The notes under the pieces: generated by a model
Told to the model about the DNA's origin: nothing
What the model saw: only the letters and a program-made list of their open reading frames with translations
The model's database searches: none
Shown here: positions 1-11,830 of the stretch, in pieces
Position numbering within the stretch: position 1 is the first letter of the stretch
Layout of the letters: each line of letters opens with the position of its first letter
Made by a program: the position numbers and the translations under genes
Source of the DNA: Hemiscyllium ocellatum
Lineage: Eukaryota
Direction of reading: 5' to 3'
NCBI RefSeq assembly: GCF_020745735.1
Contig: NW_026867526.1
Location: forward strand, 186,001-250,000
DNA length: 64,000 bases

Positions 1-958
1 ATAGAAGATGGTATTAGTAATAACATTAGCAAATTTGCTGATGATACTAAGCTGGGTGGCAGGGTGAAATGTTAGGAGATTACAGGGTGACCTGGACAGT
101 TTAGGTGAGTGGTCAGATGCATGGCAGATGCAGTTTAATGTGGATAAATGTATGGTTATCCACTTTGGTGGCAAGAACAGGAAGGCAGATTATTACCTAA
201 ATGGAATCAATTTAGGTTAAGGGGCAGGAAAAAGAGATCTGGGTGTTCGTGTCCAGCGGTCAATGAAGGTAAGCGTGCAGGTACAGCAGGTAGTGAAGAA
301 GGCTGATAGCTTGCTGGCCTTCATCTCAAGAGGGATTGAGTATAGAAGCAAAGAGGTGCTTCTGCAGCTGTACAGGGCCCTGGTGAGACCACACCTCGAG
401 TACTGTGTGCAGTTCTGGTCTCCAAATTTGAGGAAAGGCATTTTGGTATGAGGGAGTGCAGCATAGGTTCACAAGGTCAATTCCTGGAATGGCAGTACCA
501 ACTCATGCTGAAAGACTGCAGTGACTGGGCTTGTATGCCCTTGAGTTAGAAGACTGAGAGGGGATCTGATTGAGACACATAAGATTGTTAAAGGATTGGA
601 CACTCTGGAAGCAGGAAACATGTTTCCGCTGATGGGTGAGTGCCGAAGCAGAGGACACAGCTTAAAAATATGTGGGAGACCATTTAGGACATAGATGAGG
701 AGAAACTTCTTCAGCCAGAGAGTGGTGGCTATGTGGAATGTTCTGCCCCAGACGGCAGTGGAGGCCCAGTCTCTGGATTCATTTAAAAAAGAGTTGGATA
801 GAGCTCTCAAGGATCGTGAAATCAAGGGTTATGGAGATAAGGCAAGAACAGGATACTGCTTAAGGATGATCAGCCATGATCATCTTGAATGGTGGTGCAG
901 GCTCGAAGGGCAGAATGGCTTACTCCTGCACCTATTGTCTACTGTCTATTGTCTATTG
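1..958 (+). mobile_element. CR1-clade LINE, decayed 3' portion (RT C-terminal half plus 3' UTR)
   Basis: [11 protein letters not shown]-type start at 20-60; ORF 263-451 contains [21 protein letters not shown]; ORF 695 begins RRNFFSQRVV; broken by stops and frameshifts; ends in a short ctattgt-type tail at ~940-958. Confidence 0.9.
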
Positions 959-1120
959 AGTGGAATATGTCGCTTCTTTAGAACACACAGTCAGTTGATG
1001 CATTTTGAGAGAAGCAATGTAGAAAGGGAATATATATTTGATTGGCACAGACACAAAGAGCAGGACAGTGGGAATAGGGGACCATGTGTACAAATCATTA
1101 AAGGAGAGAGGACTGCAAAA

Positions 1121-2220
1121 AATATGGAGGGATGGCATTGAGGGTGAGTTGGAGGTTTGGATTAGGAATTGGCTGGCTGGAAGAAGATAGACGGTAGTAG
1201 TTGATGGTAAAGGTTCATCTTGGAGTGCAGTTACCAGCGGTGTTCCGCAAGGATCTGTTTTGGGACCATTGCTGTTTGTCATTTTCATAAATGACCTGGA
1301 GGAGGGGCTAGAAGGTTGGGTGAGCAAGTTTGCAAATGATACGAAAGTCGGTGGAGTTGTTGACAGAGAGGAAGGATGTGGCAGGTTACAGTGGGATATA
1401 GATAATCTGCAGAGCTAGGCAGAAAGGTGGCAAATGGAGTTCAATGTAGGTAAGTGTGAAGTGATTCACTTTGGCAAGAGTAACAAGAAGATGGGGTACT
1501 GGGCTAATGGTCAGATTCTTGGTAGTGTGGATGAGCAGAGGGATCTTGGTGTCCATGTACAAAGATCTCTGAAAGTTGCCACCCAGGTAAATAGTGCTGT
1601 GAAGAAGGCATATGGCGTACTGGCTTTTCTTGGTAGAGGAATTGAGTTCTGGAGTCCTGAGGTCATGTTGCAGTTGTATAAGACTCTGGTGTGGCCGCAT
1701 CTGGAGTATTGTGTGCAGTTTTGGTCGCCATACTTTTGGAAGGGTGTGGAGGCACTGGAACGGGTGCAGAGGAGGCTTACCAGGATGTTGCCTGGTATGG
1801 TAGGAAGATCATATGAGGAAAGGCTGAGGCACTTGGGGCTGTTTTCAATGGAGAAAAGAAGGTTGAGGGGTGACTTGATAGAGGTGTACAAGATGATTAG
1901 GGGTTTAGATAGGGTTGACCATGAGAACCTTTATCCACGTATGGAGTCAGCTATTACGAGGGGGCATAGCTTTAAATTAAGGGGTGGTAGGTATAGGACA
2001 GATGTTAGGGGTAGATTCTTTACTCAGTGAGTCGTGAGTTCATGGAATGCCCTGCCAGCAGCAGTAGTGGACTCTCCCTCTTTATGGGCATTTAAACGGG
2101 CATTGGATAGGCATATGGCGGATAGTGGGCTAGTGTAGGTTAGGTGGGCTTGGATCGGCGCAACATCAAGGGCCGAAGGGCCTGTACTGCGCTGTATTTT
2201 TCTATGTTCTATGTTCTATA
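1121..2220 (+). mobile_element. CR1-clade LINE 3' fragment, same subfamily as the young copy at 15389-17989
   Basis: [12 protein letters not shown] and [11 protein letters not shown] encoded at ~1240-1355; ORF 1434-2030 is nearly collinear with the C-terminus of ORF 15475-18015; in-frame TAG at ~1416 and TGA at 2028-2030; (ttctatg)n tail at 2199-2220. Confidence 0.93.
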
Positions 2221-2364
2221 AAGTGTTTTGAATAAAACAAATGGGATGCTGGGCTTTATTAATAGGGGGAATGATAACAAACTCATTGGAAAGATGCTGA
2301 TCTTTGACAAAGCTCTAGTTAGGTCACAGTCAATCATTGCATTCAATTCTGGTCAACAGATTCC

Positions 2365-3084
2365 TGTTCAGAATGAGTAAGATAAAATACCATCGAGGGG
2401 CCAGTTCCATACCTTTTGCTTCTTTCAGGACTCCTTGGGGACTCAAGGGTTAAACATTCCCCTGCCAAAGGCCTTATTTCATCAACTGAAGGCCTGTACT
2501 CTTACAATACAGACAGAACACCTCAGAAGGGGGGAGGCTGACAGGATCTCAAAATAGAACCTCTTGCAGCCACACATGTGGATTGCTCCATAATCCCAGA
2601 CAGAGGAATTTGCCCTTTCCAGACAAGACTGAGAGCCCTGGGCACAACCCTGTCAAACTGCCTCCCGCTCCCATTGTGTTACCTCCCCACCATATTAGCA
2701 TAGGTAAGTGAATCCCCCATTTACTGAAGGAAGAACCCTTCTGCCTTAATCTCTTCCCATCAACACATAATCATGAACAATACGATAATCAGTTTCTGTA
2801 ATCCATCACACATTATCACAGGACATCGTCATTCATCAAGCTTTGTAAGGTCATAATTACCTGCTTTAAACTATGTAATGACAATTGCCCATGTGACTGA
2901 TATGTCTTTGTCTAATTCCTATTAAATATACTGTCTCTGTGGGTAAGGCAGAGATTCATGAAGAACAGTCTCTGCAAGTAGACACTCGGCTACTTTAGAG
3001 ACGCTTTGAAACTCTCGCCGGCTGTCCGATAATAAAGCTACTGCTGTTGTGCAGAAAACTTGCATCGTCTGGATTTGTGGAACA
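2365..3084 (+). mobile_element. Possible solo LTR (ERV-like)
   Basis: Begins TGTTC, ends GAACA (5-bp terminal inverted repeat); TATA-like tattaaatata at ~2920; AATAAA at 3031-3036 about 50 nt before the end. No target-site duplication found, so boundaries are tentative. Confidence 0.35.
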
Positions 3085-3715
3085 AAATAGGTACCAACAA
3101 TGAAGGATATGAGTAATCCTCCGAGTGTGGAGTACAGACTTACTGGAGTGGTTCTCTGATGAAGAAAATGCACTCACTGGATTAATTTGAAGAAATTGCT
3201 ATTTTCTTTGAAGTGAAGAAGTTGAACATATTTTTGATCGAGCTGTATAGGATTATAACAGACTTAGATATAGCAGACAAAAATATCTGTATTCGATAGG
3301 TGATGGCACAAGAATTAAGATCAGATGTAAGGTTTTGAGACAGCGGGAGATGAGCAAGTGTTTCTGCTGACTGTATTGGCTGGAAATATGCAGAACATGC
3401 TGCCTATTATGGTGGTGCAGGCAGAGGAGAAGATGAATGATTGATAAAAACAATTATATCAGATCTGAGGGAAATAAACTTGCAGACTTTGGGGGATGTA
3501 TGGGGAGTGAGAATATGGGATTCTGCGACAGAGAGCCAGCTTGGATTTGATGGGCCTCTTTCTGTGCGATAATGCAGTTTATTTGGACTTGCTTAACTTG
3601 CTCTGGTCACCGATTAAGTTGTCATTTAGGTAAATCTGCTCAGTGTACCCACTCAGACCAATACAGACTGTCCCTCCTCAGCAGGAGATAATGTTTACTG
3701 CTTTATACTGGGTTC

Positions 3716-4021
3716 TTGGAGGGGGGAGGGGGGATGCTAATGGTGTGTGTAACAGTCTGTTCGCATTTATCTGAAATGGCAAAACACCAGTGCAGCCACA
3801 CTAGGGGCAGACTCTGGAAATGTGGGGAATGCCAGAAGGGAATTCTTTACCCATCCCACCTGGAAACTGGCCAAACCAGTCAGACTGGGGAGAAGCTGTT
3901 CACCTGCTCTGTGTGTGTGGGGGGGAAGGGATTCACTCAGGCATCCATCCTGCTGAGACACCAGGGAATTTACTCAGAACCACAGCTGAAGGACTTTTTT
4001 TCTCTTGTTCAAACCAAGTAA
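3716..4021 (+). pseudogene. Degenerate C2H2 zinc-finger gene fragment (about 2 damaged fingers)
   Basis: Translation has WKCGECQKGILYPSHLETGQTSQTGEKLFTCSVCVGGKGFTQASILLRHQGIYS: Krueppel linker TGEK and CxxC present, zinc-binding His residues lost, 2-residue insertion after the second CxxC. Confidence 0.8.
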
Positions 4022-4126
4022 TGAACAATGGTTTTGGCAGTTCATAAAGTGTTGCACATGGAGTACTTAGTTTTGGAAATGTTCACAACATTGTTGAACA
4101 TGCACAGATTCACACTGGGTAGGGAC

Positions 4127-4492
4127 TTTTATTTTCCTTTATTCATTCACAGGATGAGGGTGTCGCTGGCCCGGCAGCATTTCCTGCCCATCCCTAATTG
4201 CCCAGAGGGCAGGGAAGAGTCAACCATATTGCTGTGGGTCTGAGGTCACAATGTAGGCCAGACCAGGTAAGGATGGCAGCTTCCTTCCTGAAAGGGCATT
4301 AGTGATCCAGATGGGCTTTTCTGACAATCGATTAATGATCATCATTAGACTCTTAAATTCCTGAGTTTTTTAAAAAATTGAATTCAAATTCCCCCATCTG
4401 CTGCAGCAGGCTTTGAACCCAGGTCTCCAGAACTTTGTCTGGGGCTTTGGATTAACTGCCGAGCGACAAGACCACTCGGCCAATACTTCCCC
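4127..4492 (-). mobile_element. tRNA-derived SINE, second family (core recalled as LF-SINE-like)
   Basis: Reverse complement is homologous end to end to 38967-39305, including ccttacctggtctggcctaca..gtgac..cagacccacagcaa..tggttgact; A-rich tail at the low-coordinate end. Family name is from memory only. Confidence 0.7.
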
Positions 4493-5356
4493 ACATCGCT
4501 GTCCATCTGCACAGAGTGAACAGCGATTTCCTGGATCATCAGGACTGGTTAATCACACATACGTTTGCTGAATAATTGCAGGAGTTGGATGTTGATTGGC
4601 TATTGACATCCATCTCTGAACCATGTATTCTGGGGTTTGTTTCTGATGATGATTGGAAGCACCATCAATCTTGTATTTCCTGTCTTGGCTTATCAGTGTT
4701 CATGATACTGCATGGAGCTTCTTGTATATAGGGCTTACAGTGCAAGAGTTTAGCTCTTTCCTTCCACCAACAGCAGTAGAATTGTACTCCAACAAAACTG
4801 AACGAATCACGGCCCAGCATATTCCCCAATTTACCTCTTATCATCAAACCAGAAGATCAATCCTTATTCCCCTGTGAGAATTCAGGAGGGCATGTCAGTA
4901 ACAGCAGCATGGATACCTACAAATGAGGTGTTCACCTGGTGAAGTTACCAAAGAGGACTACTTGTGTGTCAAACAGCATAAGCAGCGAGTGATCAACAGA
5001 GCGAAGCAATCTGGTAAACAACAGAACAGATCTAAGATCTGCAGTCCAGCCACATCCTGTTGTGAATGAAGTCAGAGCACAGCTGGAGTTCTGAGGACAG
5101 TTCTCTTCAAGATATTAACCAACAAGAATGTCAGACTAGATTAATTATCATAAAACTCAAGTCGGTTTGATATTCATATATTTACAATCAGAGTTCAATT
5201 CACCAAATGTAGCTGAAGGTAAAGATAATCTTCAAGTGATTGTAACAGTGGAGACATCTGAATACTTGTTTAGCTAATTAAAGTCTGTTGTGTTGAGATA
5301 GTAATAATTTTAAAGAGCTTTTAAAAAGTAAGGTGACTTGAGTATAATGGAAGAAG

Positions 5357-5582
5357 CTGAAAATGTGTTGCTGGTTAAAGCAGAGCAGGTCAGGCAGCAT
5401 CCAAGGAACAGGAAATTCGACGTTTCAGGCCAGAGCCCTTCATCAGGAAAGGCTCTGGCCTGAAACGTCGAATTTCCTGTTCCTTGGATGCTGCCTGACC
5501 TGCTGTGCTTTAACCAGCAACACATTTTCAGCTCTGATCTCCAGCATCTGCAGACCTCACTTTTTACTCGAAGATTTTAACC
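5357..5582. mobile_element. Fold-back (palindromic) Penelope-like pLTR insertion with 14-bp target-site duplication
   Basis: 81-bp inverted arms 5357-5437 and 5451-5531 with one mismatch; exact direct repeat tataatggaagaag at 5343-5356 and 5583-5596; arm sequence is the same family as the pLTRs attached to GIY-YIG ORF remnants at 24600-25000. Confidence 0.9.
5416..5449 (-). ncRNA. Minimal type I hammerhead ribozyme motif (PLE-associated, dimer type)
   Basis: Minus strand reads UUC-CUGAUGA-A-GGGC-UCUG-GCCU-GAAA-CGUC-GAA: full catalytic core, 4-bp stem II with tetraloop, palindromic ACGU instead of a closed stem III, 3-bp stem I; predicted cleavage after the C at 5419. Confidence 0.75.
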
Positions 5583-6213
5583 TATAATGGAAGAAGTTGA
5601 TTGGTGGGTAGCTGATAATCTTGTTTTAGTCTGAATCTAATTTAGGATAGTTAGTTAACAAATAAACACATGGTAGGGAATCCCAGCCCCATGAGTGCAC
5701 GTCCAGTTCCATGTGGGAAAACCATGACACTTCTTGTGTGAGCGACAACCACAAGAACATGGAGGTGACACGGGAAATGACAGGAACACTAGTTTGACTA
5801 CGGTTAAAGTACTGCACACACTTCTGATCCCCACATTCCAGGGTTGATGTGATCACACCAGAGAGGGTACAGAGGAGATTGATCAGAATGTTTCTCCAAT
5901 TAGAGACCTTTCGCTCTGAGGAAAGATTGGATAGGCTGGGGAGGATTTCCAAGGAGGATGAGCTGAGATTTAATTGAAGTGATAAAATGCTGAGGAATAC
6001 AGATCGAGTGGATAGGAAGGAGCTATTCATTAACAGAGAGGTCAGAAACTGGAGGTTTTAGATTGCAACTAATTCTCAGAAAGAAGGGGGAGGGGAGAAT
6101 TCATTTCACTCGGAGATGGTGGGGAGCAGGATCTCACCGATGGGGTGGCAGAGGCAGTAACCAGCATCACATTTGAGTAAAAGGACATGGATGTAACTGA
6201 AATGCAGGAACAT

Positions 6214-6522
6214 GCAGCACGGTGGCACAGTGGTTAGCACTGCTGCCTCATAGCGCCTGTAGACCCGGGTTCAATTCCCGACTCAGGCGACTGACTGTGT
6301 GGAGTTTGCACGTTCTCCCCGTGTCTGCGTGGGTTTCCTCCGGGTGCTCCGGTTTCCTCCCACAGTCACAAAGATGTGCGGGTCAGGTGAATTGGCCATG
6401 CTAAATTGCCCGTAGTGTTAGGTAAGGGGTAAATGTAGGGGTATGGGTGGGTTGCGCTTCGGCGGGTCGGTGTGGACTTGTTGGGCCGAAGGGCCTGTTT
6501 CCACACTGTAAGTCTAATCTAA
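6214..6522 (+). mobile_element. V-SINE (HE1-like tRNA-derived SINE), near full length
   Basis: Pol III box A tggcacagtgg and box B ggttcaattcc; V-domain gtgtggagtttgcacgttctccccgtgtctgcgtgggtttcctccgggtgctccggtttcctcccac; 3' tail gggccgaagggcctg shared with the CR1 3' end; short ctaat repeat at the end. Confidence 0.92.
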
Positions 6523-9034
6523 AGTCTGCAGAATGGGATCAATGTGAGTTATTGGTCATTTCTCCAGAATATTAAACTCAAGTCCAATTTGAGAATTTAT
6601 GAGCATCATTAGACTTGAACTCCAAATGTCAGAATAAATTTATCAGAAAGTTGCAGCACAGATATAGGCCACTTGGCCCATCCTGTATGTTTTGGCTGTA
6701 ATAGAATTATCCAGGCTTTACAGCATTCTGTACTCACCAATGACAGCAACAATTTCAGACTCTGAACTTGGCCCGATGTGTTATAATCTGTTTTTTCATT
6801 GATAGCTGCACACCTTGTTTCCTGGTTTCTTTCACAGCCATAACTCCATTCCCCGTGGCCTTGAGAGACGACTATTTCTGCTGTTTAATCTTTCCTGCCT
6901 TTCCCCTGTGTGACAGACTGTCTTTTTGTCCTGGTCTCACCCCCACTTTAGTCACAACCTGTTACATTTCTGATGGTTCCCAGGCCTCTGTGACTTCACT
7001 GCGCCCCCCTGGGTCAATGGCATGAGTTTTGAATTCTCTTCCTCCAGAGATAATTGGAAATCTTTCTGGTTGCAGTTTCCCCCAGATTTTATTTTTAAAG
7101 ACAGAGCATTTGTGTCAGAGTCAAATATCCGTGAGCCTTCATCCACAATTCCGAACATTTGGATGTAATCTGTGACCCGCCCACAGATGTACAGGTTTTC
7201 TCTATTGGCCGTGCTAACATGGTCTGTAGTGTGCAGTTTCAGCGGGTTGGGTTAGTCATGGTTAATGTGAGGTTTTGGAGGTAGGGTGGGAGAGCAGGTC
7301 ATTGCTGGCTCGATGGGCCGAATAGCCTCTTTCTGCACCTACGGGATTCTGTGATTCTAACTAGTTGCAATTGCCGTCATGTTTTCCTCATGCCAGGTCA
7401 TTTAGCTCAGGTACACATGCTGCCTTGGTGTTTCTGCGTGTGCTGACTCACTCCTTTCCTTCAGTTTTACAGCAATTTCACACTGTATGTGAGGGTGAGA
7501 ATGAATTTGTAAATACAAATACTCCAACTGAAACCCCTCACAGGTCAGGACCTGTTTCTGCTGCTGATGTCGCTCACAGGGAACAGGAAAATAAAGGTTC
7601 AGTCATACATCTTACAAGAACACAGAGGTTACAATCAGCAGGAATGGCTACACAGCTTAAAATGCTTTTCTCAAGAAAAGAGGAGGCTGAGAGACAACCT
7701 GGTAAAAGCAGGAAGCTTTGTGCCTGTGTTTTCAGAGAGTCGAGGTTGAAATAATTGGGTTGGAAGCATGTTTCCTTGCCCCAGGCCATCAAAGGTGCTA
7801 TCTAAGTGTGCATATTTATTTATGTCTATCTGTCTGAGTTAACAATCAGATGGACAGGTCAGTGTCTGAGTGTTTTCCCAAATCCCGGATTGAATCTGCC
7901 TCCCCCACAATCTCAGGTGCCTCACCACTCACTGGGTCACGGAGAAACTCTGCCATTACAATGAGAACTGTCTTTGCTGTCACCTTTCCTCGCGCTTCCG
8001 CCTAATCCCCACTTCCCTTCATTAAATCCCAGCTGCCTCTAGCCCACCCACATGGGCATGTTGAAGAGCATGACAGGAGATTGGATTGAAACCGAGAGTT
8101 CAATAGCCAGAATGAAAGAGGAAGGAGGAAATAAACAGGGTTTGTAAATCCCAGGGGATACAGACTCCAGGATTAGTCCCAGTGGGCATTCCCGCAGTAA
8201 TACGAGACAGCATTCCATGATGAGAGTTAAACCCGGGTGGCAGGAGAGGGAGCCACTGAACATGCGCAGGTTTAGTTCAAACACAGGAGGTTTGTTCAGT
8301 CACTAACAGTGTGTTAGACATGGAGGTGAAGTGAACAGTGAGGGGAAATGTTGCCACAAGCTGCAGATGGACAACTTTCACTGGAACAGGAGGAGGCCAT
8401 TCAGCCCCTCAACCCTGCTCGGCCATTCAATATGATCATGGCTGATTTGTGGCCAAACTTACAATTTTCAAAACTCTCCAAACTCCTCAATAAACTCCTC
8501 TCCAACAGACAAGATGAATATTGAAAAACTAATCATCTGCAAATGCTGGGAAATCAGAAACAAAAACAGAAATTGCTGGAAATATTCAGCAGGTCTGGCA
8601 GCATCTGTGGAGAGTGAACCTTTGGGCCCAGTGCCCAGTCAGGTGACCAGCTGCAGCTGACCACTCTGCCTTTTCTGGAACACTCTCTGGAACAGGTTCT
8701 GGTGGGAGGGGAATGAGATTGTCAACAACAACTGAGAGAAACAGGAGGACGTGCTCAACCAGAATAAAACCCATTTTGGTCTTTCACTTTTAATTCAACT
8801 GCAAAAATTATTCATTATCATTTTAGAAATAATAGGCCAGAAATCAACTCTTCATGTCATTGGGCCTGGGAAACTGTTAATTCTGACCTGGTCCAGCCTA
8901 CATGTGAATCCAGACCCTGAATAATGGGGTTGACACTGAACCATCTCCTGGACAGTTAGAATGGATGACAAATGCTGCCCCAGCAAGTGATGCCGTGATC
9001 CCATGAACAAACAAAGCAAATCCAATCGCTGTGG

Positions 9035-9140
9035 TTACTTGTGAACTCACCGGTGTTTCATCAAGCTGGATATCTGAGTGAACTGCTTCCCACACTCAGA
9101 GCAGGTGAATGGTCTCTCCCCAGTGTGTACTCACTGGAGT
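9035..9140 (-). pseudogene. Single C2H2 zinc-finger remnant
   Basis: Manual minus-strand translation: [32 protein letters not shown]; perfect TGERPF linker but in-frame stops. Confidence 0.8.
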
Positions 9141-10616
9141 ACAGTGAGGCTGGATGGTGTCCTGAACCCAGTCCCTCAGTGAAAGTACCTGAATGGTCTC
9201 GCACTGGTCTTCTGTGACCGGCAGAGATGATATTCACCATCCCGGGGTGGGTACAGATACCTCCAAGAGGGATTTAGTGAGAGTTGATCGGGTTAAACTG
9301 TTCACATTCATGAAAGAATCAATAATGAGGAGGCAGCGATGTAAAGGGATTGACAAAAGAAGCACATGTGACATGAGACAAAACGCTTTCATGCAGAGAA
9401 AGTTTATGGTCAGGAATGCACTGCCAAAGAGTGTGGTGGAGCCACGTACAATGAAGAGAATAGAATTGAACAGTTACTGGGAGAGAGCGAATGGGAAGGT
9501 TTATGGGGTAAAGGTAGAAGAGCAGCATTCAGTGAGGGGATCCTTTGGAGAGCTGATGAGCCAATCAGCCTCCTTTTGCGCAGTAACCATTCTGTGAACA
9601 TTTCACTCTGAGCCCTCGAAGGCCCTCTGGGGAAATATCAGGAAAGACGTTTGGAAAGACGTCAGACTGAATGAGGGTCTCAGTGAACAAAAGCGAGACA
9701 CAGATACAGAGAGGTTTCAGGATAGATTGAATCAAATGTTACCAATTTGCACAGCCACCAACATTACAGCAACTACAAGTGGGAGTCAACAAGAGAGTGG
9801 AATTAGAGCACGAAATAAATCTTAAACATTTATGCAGCGAAAGGGGATGCTGGGTAAAGATCCCGCAGTTAGTGCTTATTTCATTCAAGACATATCAGCC
9901 AGGGAGCTCATCGTCCTGTATCTATCCTATTGGACTCTTGAAGAATTTTGTTCATTCCAAGTATTTCATATTTCCGTCCTCCAGAGAACTCAGCTTCATG
10001 CTCCTCAATCTCTCCTGATAGGGCAAAGCTGCTGTTAGAATTCAATTCACTGGGGCGTGTTACTGACTGCTTCATGGATTGCAATTGGCAATTGAAACCG
10101 TCAGGTTACTGTATAAACTATCTTCAATTGTATTACCAGATTGCCAGACACATGAGGGGCTTTAAGAAAAAGAACTTAACTTACAGGCATTGAGTGTCAG
10201 AGCACCTACTGTTGTGGGGGCATCCTGTTTAGATACAATCTATTGATAATTGTTAGAATTGACTTATACTGACTCCATAGAAGTGGTCAGAGCATTATAA
10301 TGGTCATCGAAGCTGGTAACACATTTCCCATGGGTTAAAAGTCGTAAATGATAGCGTAGGAACAAGTTTGGCTAGTAAAGTCCAGTTATTCAAAATCATC
10401 CGAGTTTACTTTCAGAAACAAGTGAGAGAAAGCCACATTATAGCATTAGTCCAAATTTAGAATTTCAGGAGAACTGAAGGGAGAGCTGGTGTTGGGAGCT
10501 GTAGTAATGAAGGGGATAAACTTGTTTTGCAGAGAGAGTGTTCACAGATGGGAAACTCAGCTTTAACATCACATTTAACACACCCAATTCCGCAGGTCCT
10601 GAACATTATACGTAAT

Positions 10617-11151
10617 ATGGAAGGGGAAAGCAGCATTCCCAGCCCAGAGAAACCATTCGTGTTGTGCATGTGGTCGAGGATTTAACTGGTCATGTGATCT
10701 GGGAAGACACCAATGTGACAGGACCAGGGTGAGGTTGTGTAAATGTGGGGACTGTGGGAAGGAATTCACTTATCCCTCCCAACGGAACACTCACCGACAC
10801 AGTCACACTGGGAAGTGGCTGGTCACCTGCCCCTTGTATGGGAAGGGATTTACTCGATCTTGCAACCTGCTGAGGCACCAGAGAGGACACAGAGGATTTA
10901 GACCCTTCACCTGCTCAGTGTGTGAGAAAGGATTCATTCAAATCTCTCTCCTGCAGAGACATCAGGGCATTCCCACCGGAGAGAGACCAGTCACCTGCTC
11001 CATGTGCGGGAAAGGATTCACTCAGTCTTCTGATCGGCTGAGACCCCAGCGAGCCCACTCTGGGGAAAGGCCATTCAGATGCTCACTGTGTGAGCAGGGT
11101 TTCAGTGATACATCCCTCCTGCTGATACACCAGAGGGTTCACACTTGGTAG
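10617..11151 (+). pseudogene. C2H2 zinc-finger array pseudogene (about 6 fingers, most disabled)
   Basis: Acceptor ccgcag at 10590-10595, ATG 10617 (MEGESSIPSPEKPF), frameshift at ~10662 into the frame of ORF 10729-11151; fingers 3-5 have C>Y or H>P changes at zinc ligands, fingers 2 and 6 are intact; finger-like debris continues to ~11270. Confidence 0.88.
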
Positions 11152-11504
11152 GAGTTGTTTACCCCTCAGTGTGACAAGGGATTTGCTGCATCTTCAGAGA
11201 GCCCAGTGAGTGCACACAGGGAAGTGGTCATCCCCCTGCTCCGTGTGGGGTAGAGTTCACACATCACTGCAGGACGCTGATTCTGCAGTTATTGTCAATC
11301 AGAGTCAGGACTGCACCTTGTACATGATGACACTGTTGGAGTATTGATGTTGTGGTTGTTGTTAACTATATTAACTGGGCTGGAGTTGACAGAATTTAGA
11401 TTGCCACTTTCTGAACCTCAGGATGTCTCTCTGGGCAGTGAGTCTCCACAAACAGCAATGTGACAATAAGCAGGGATCATCTGTTTTGATTTAAATTGTG
11501 ACTG

Positions 11505-11830
11505 TAGCACTGCTGCTTCACAGCACCAGGTACAAGGTTGGAGTCCAGCCTTGGTCAACGGCCTGTGTGGAGTTCCCACATTCTCCCCATGATAGTGTGG
11601 GTCCTCTCCAGGTCCTCTGGTTTCCTCCCACAGCCCAAAGATGTGCGGGTTAGGTGGATCAGTCGTGCTAAATTGTCCAGTGTCCAGGAATGTGCAGACT
11701 AGGTGGATCAGCCATGGGAAATGCTGTGTTACAGGGATGGTGTGCTCAGGGTGGGATGTTCTTCAGATGGTCGGTGGGATTTGATGGGCCAATGCTCTCC
11801 TTCCACGTTATCGGGATTCTATTCCATGAT
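11505..11830 (+). mobile_element. V-SINE, diverged copy
   Basis: agcactgctgcttcacagcaccagg head and tgtgtggagtt..ttctcccc..ggtttcctcccacagcccaaagatgtgcgggttagg V-domain, homologous to 6214-6522. Confidence 0.85.

Noticed and set aside
5310-5587. Near-identical ORFs on opposite strands (MCCWLK...)
   Set aside because: Mirror products of the 81-bp palindrome, not genes.
9779-10193. Cluster of three overlapping ORFs in apparently non-repetitive DNA
   Set aside because: No recognisable motif, splice pattern or codon bias; cannot be supported without a homology search.
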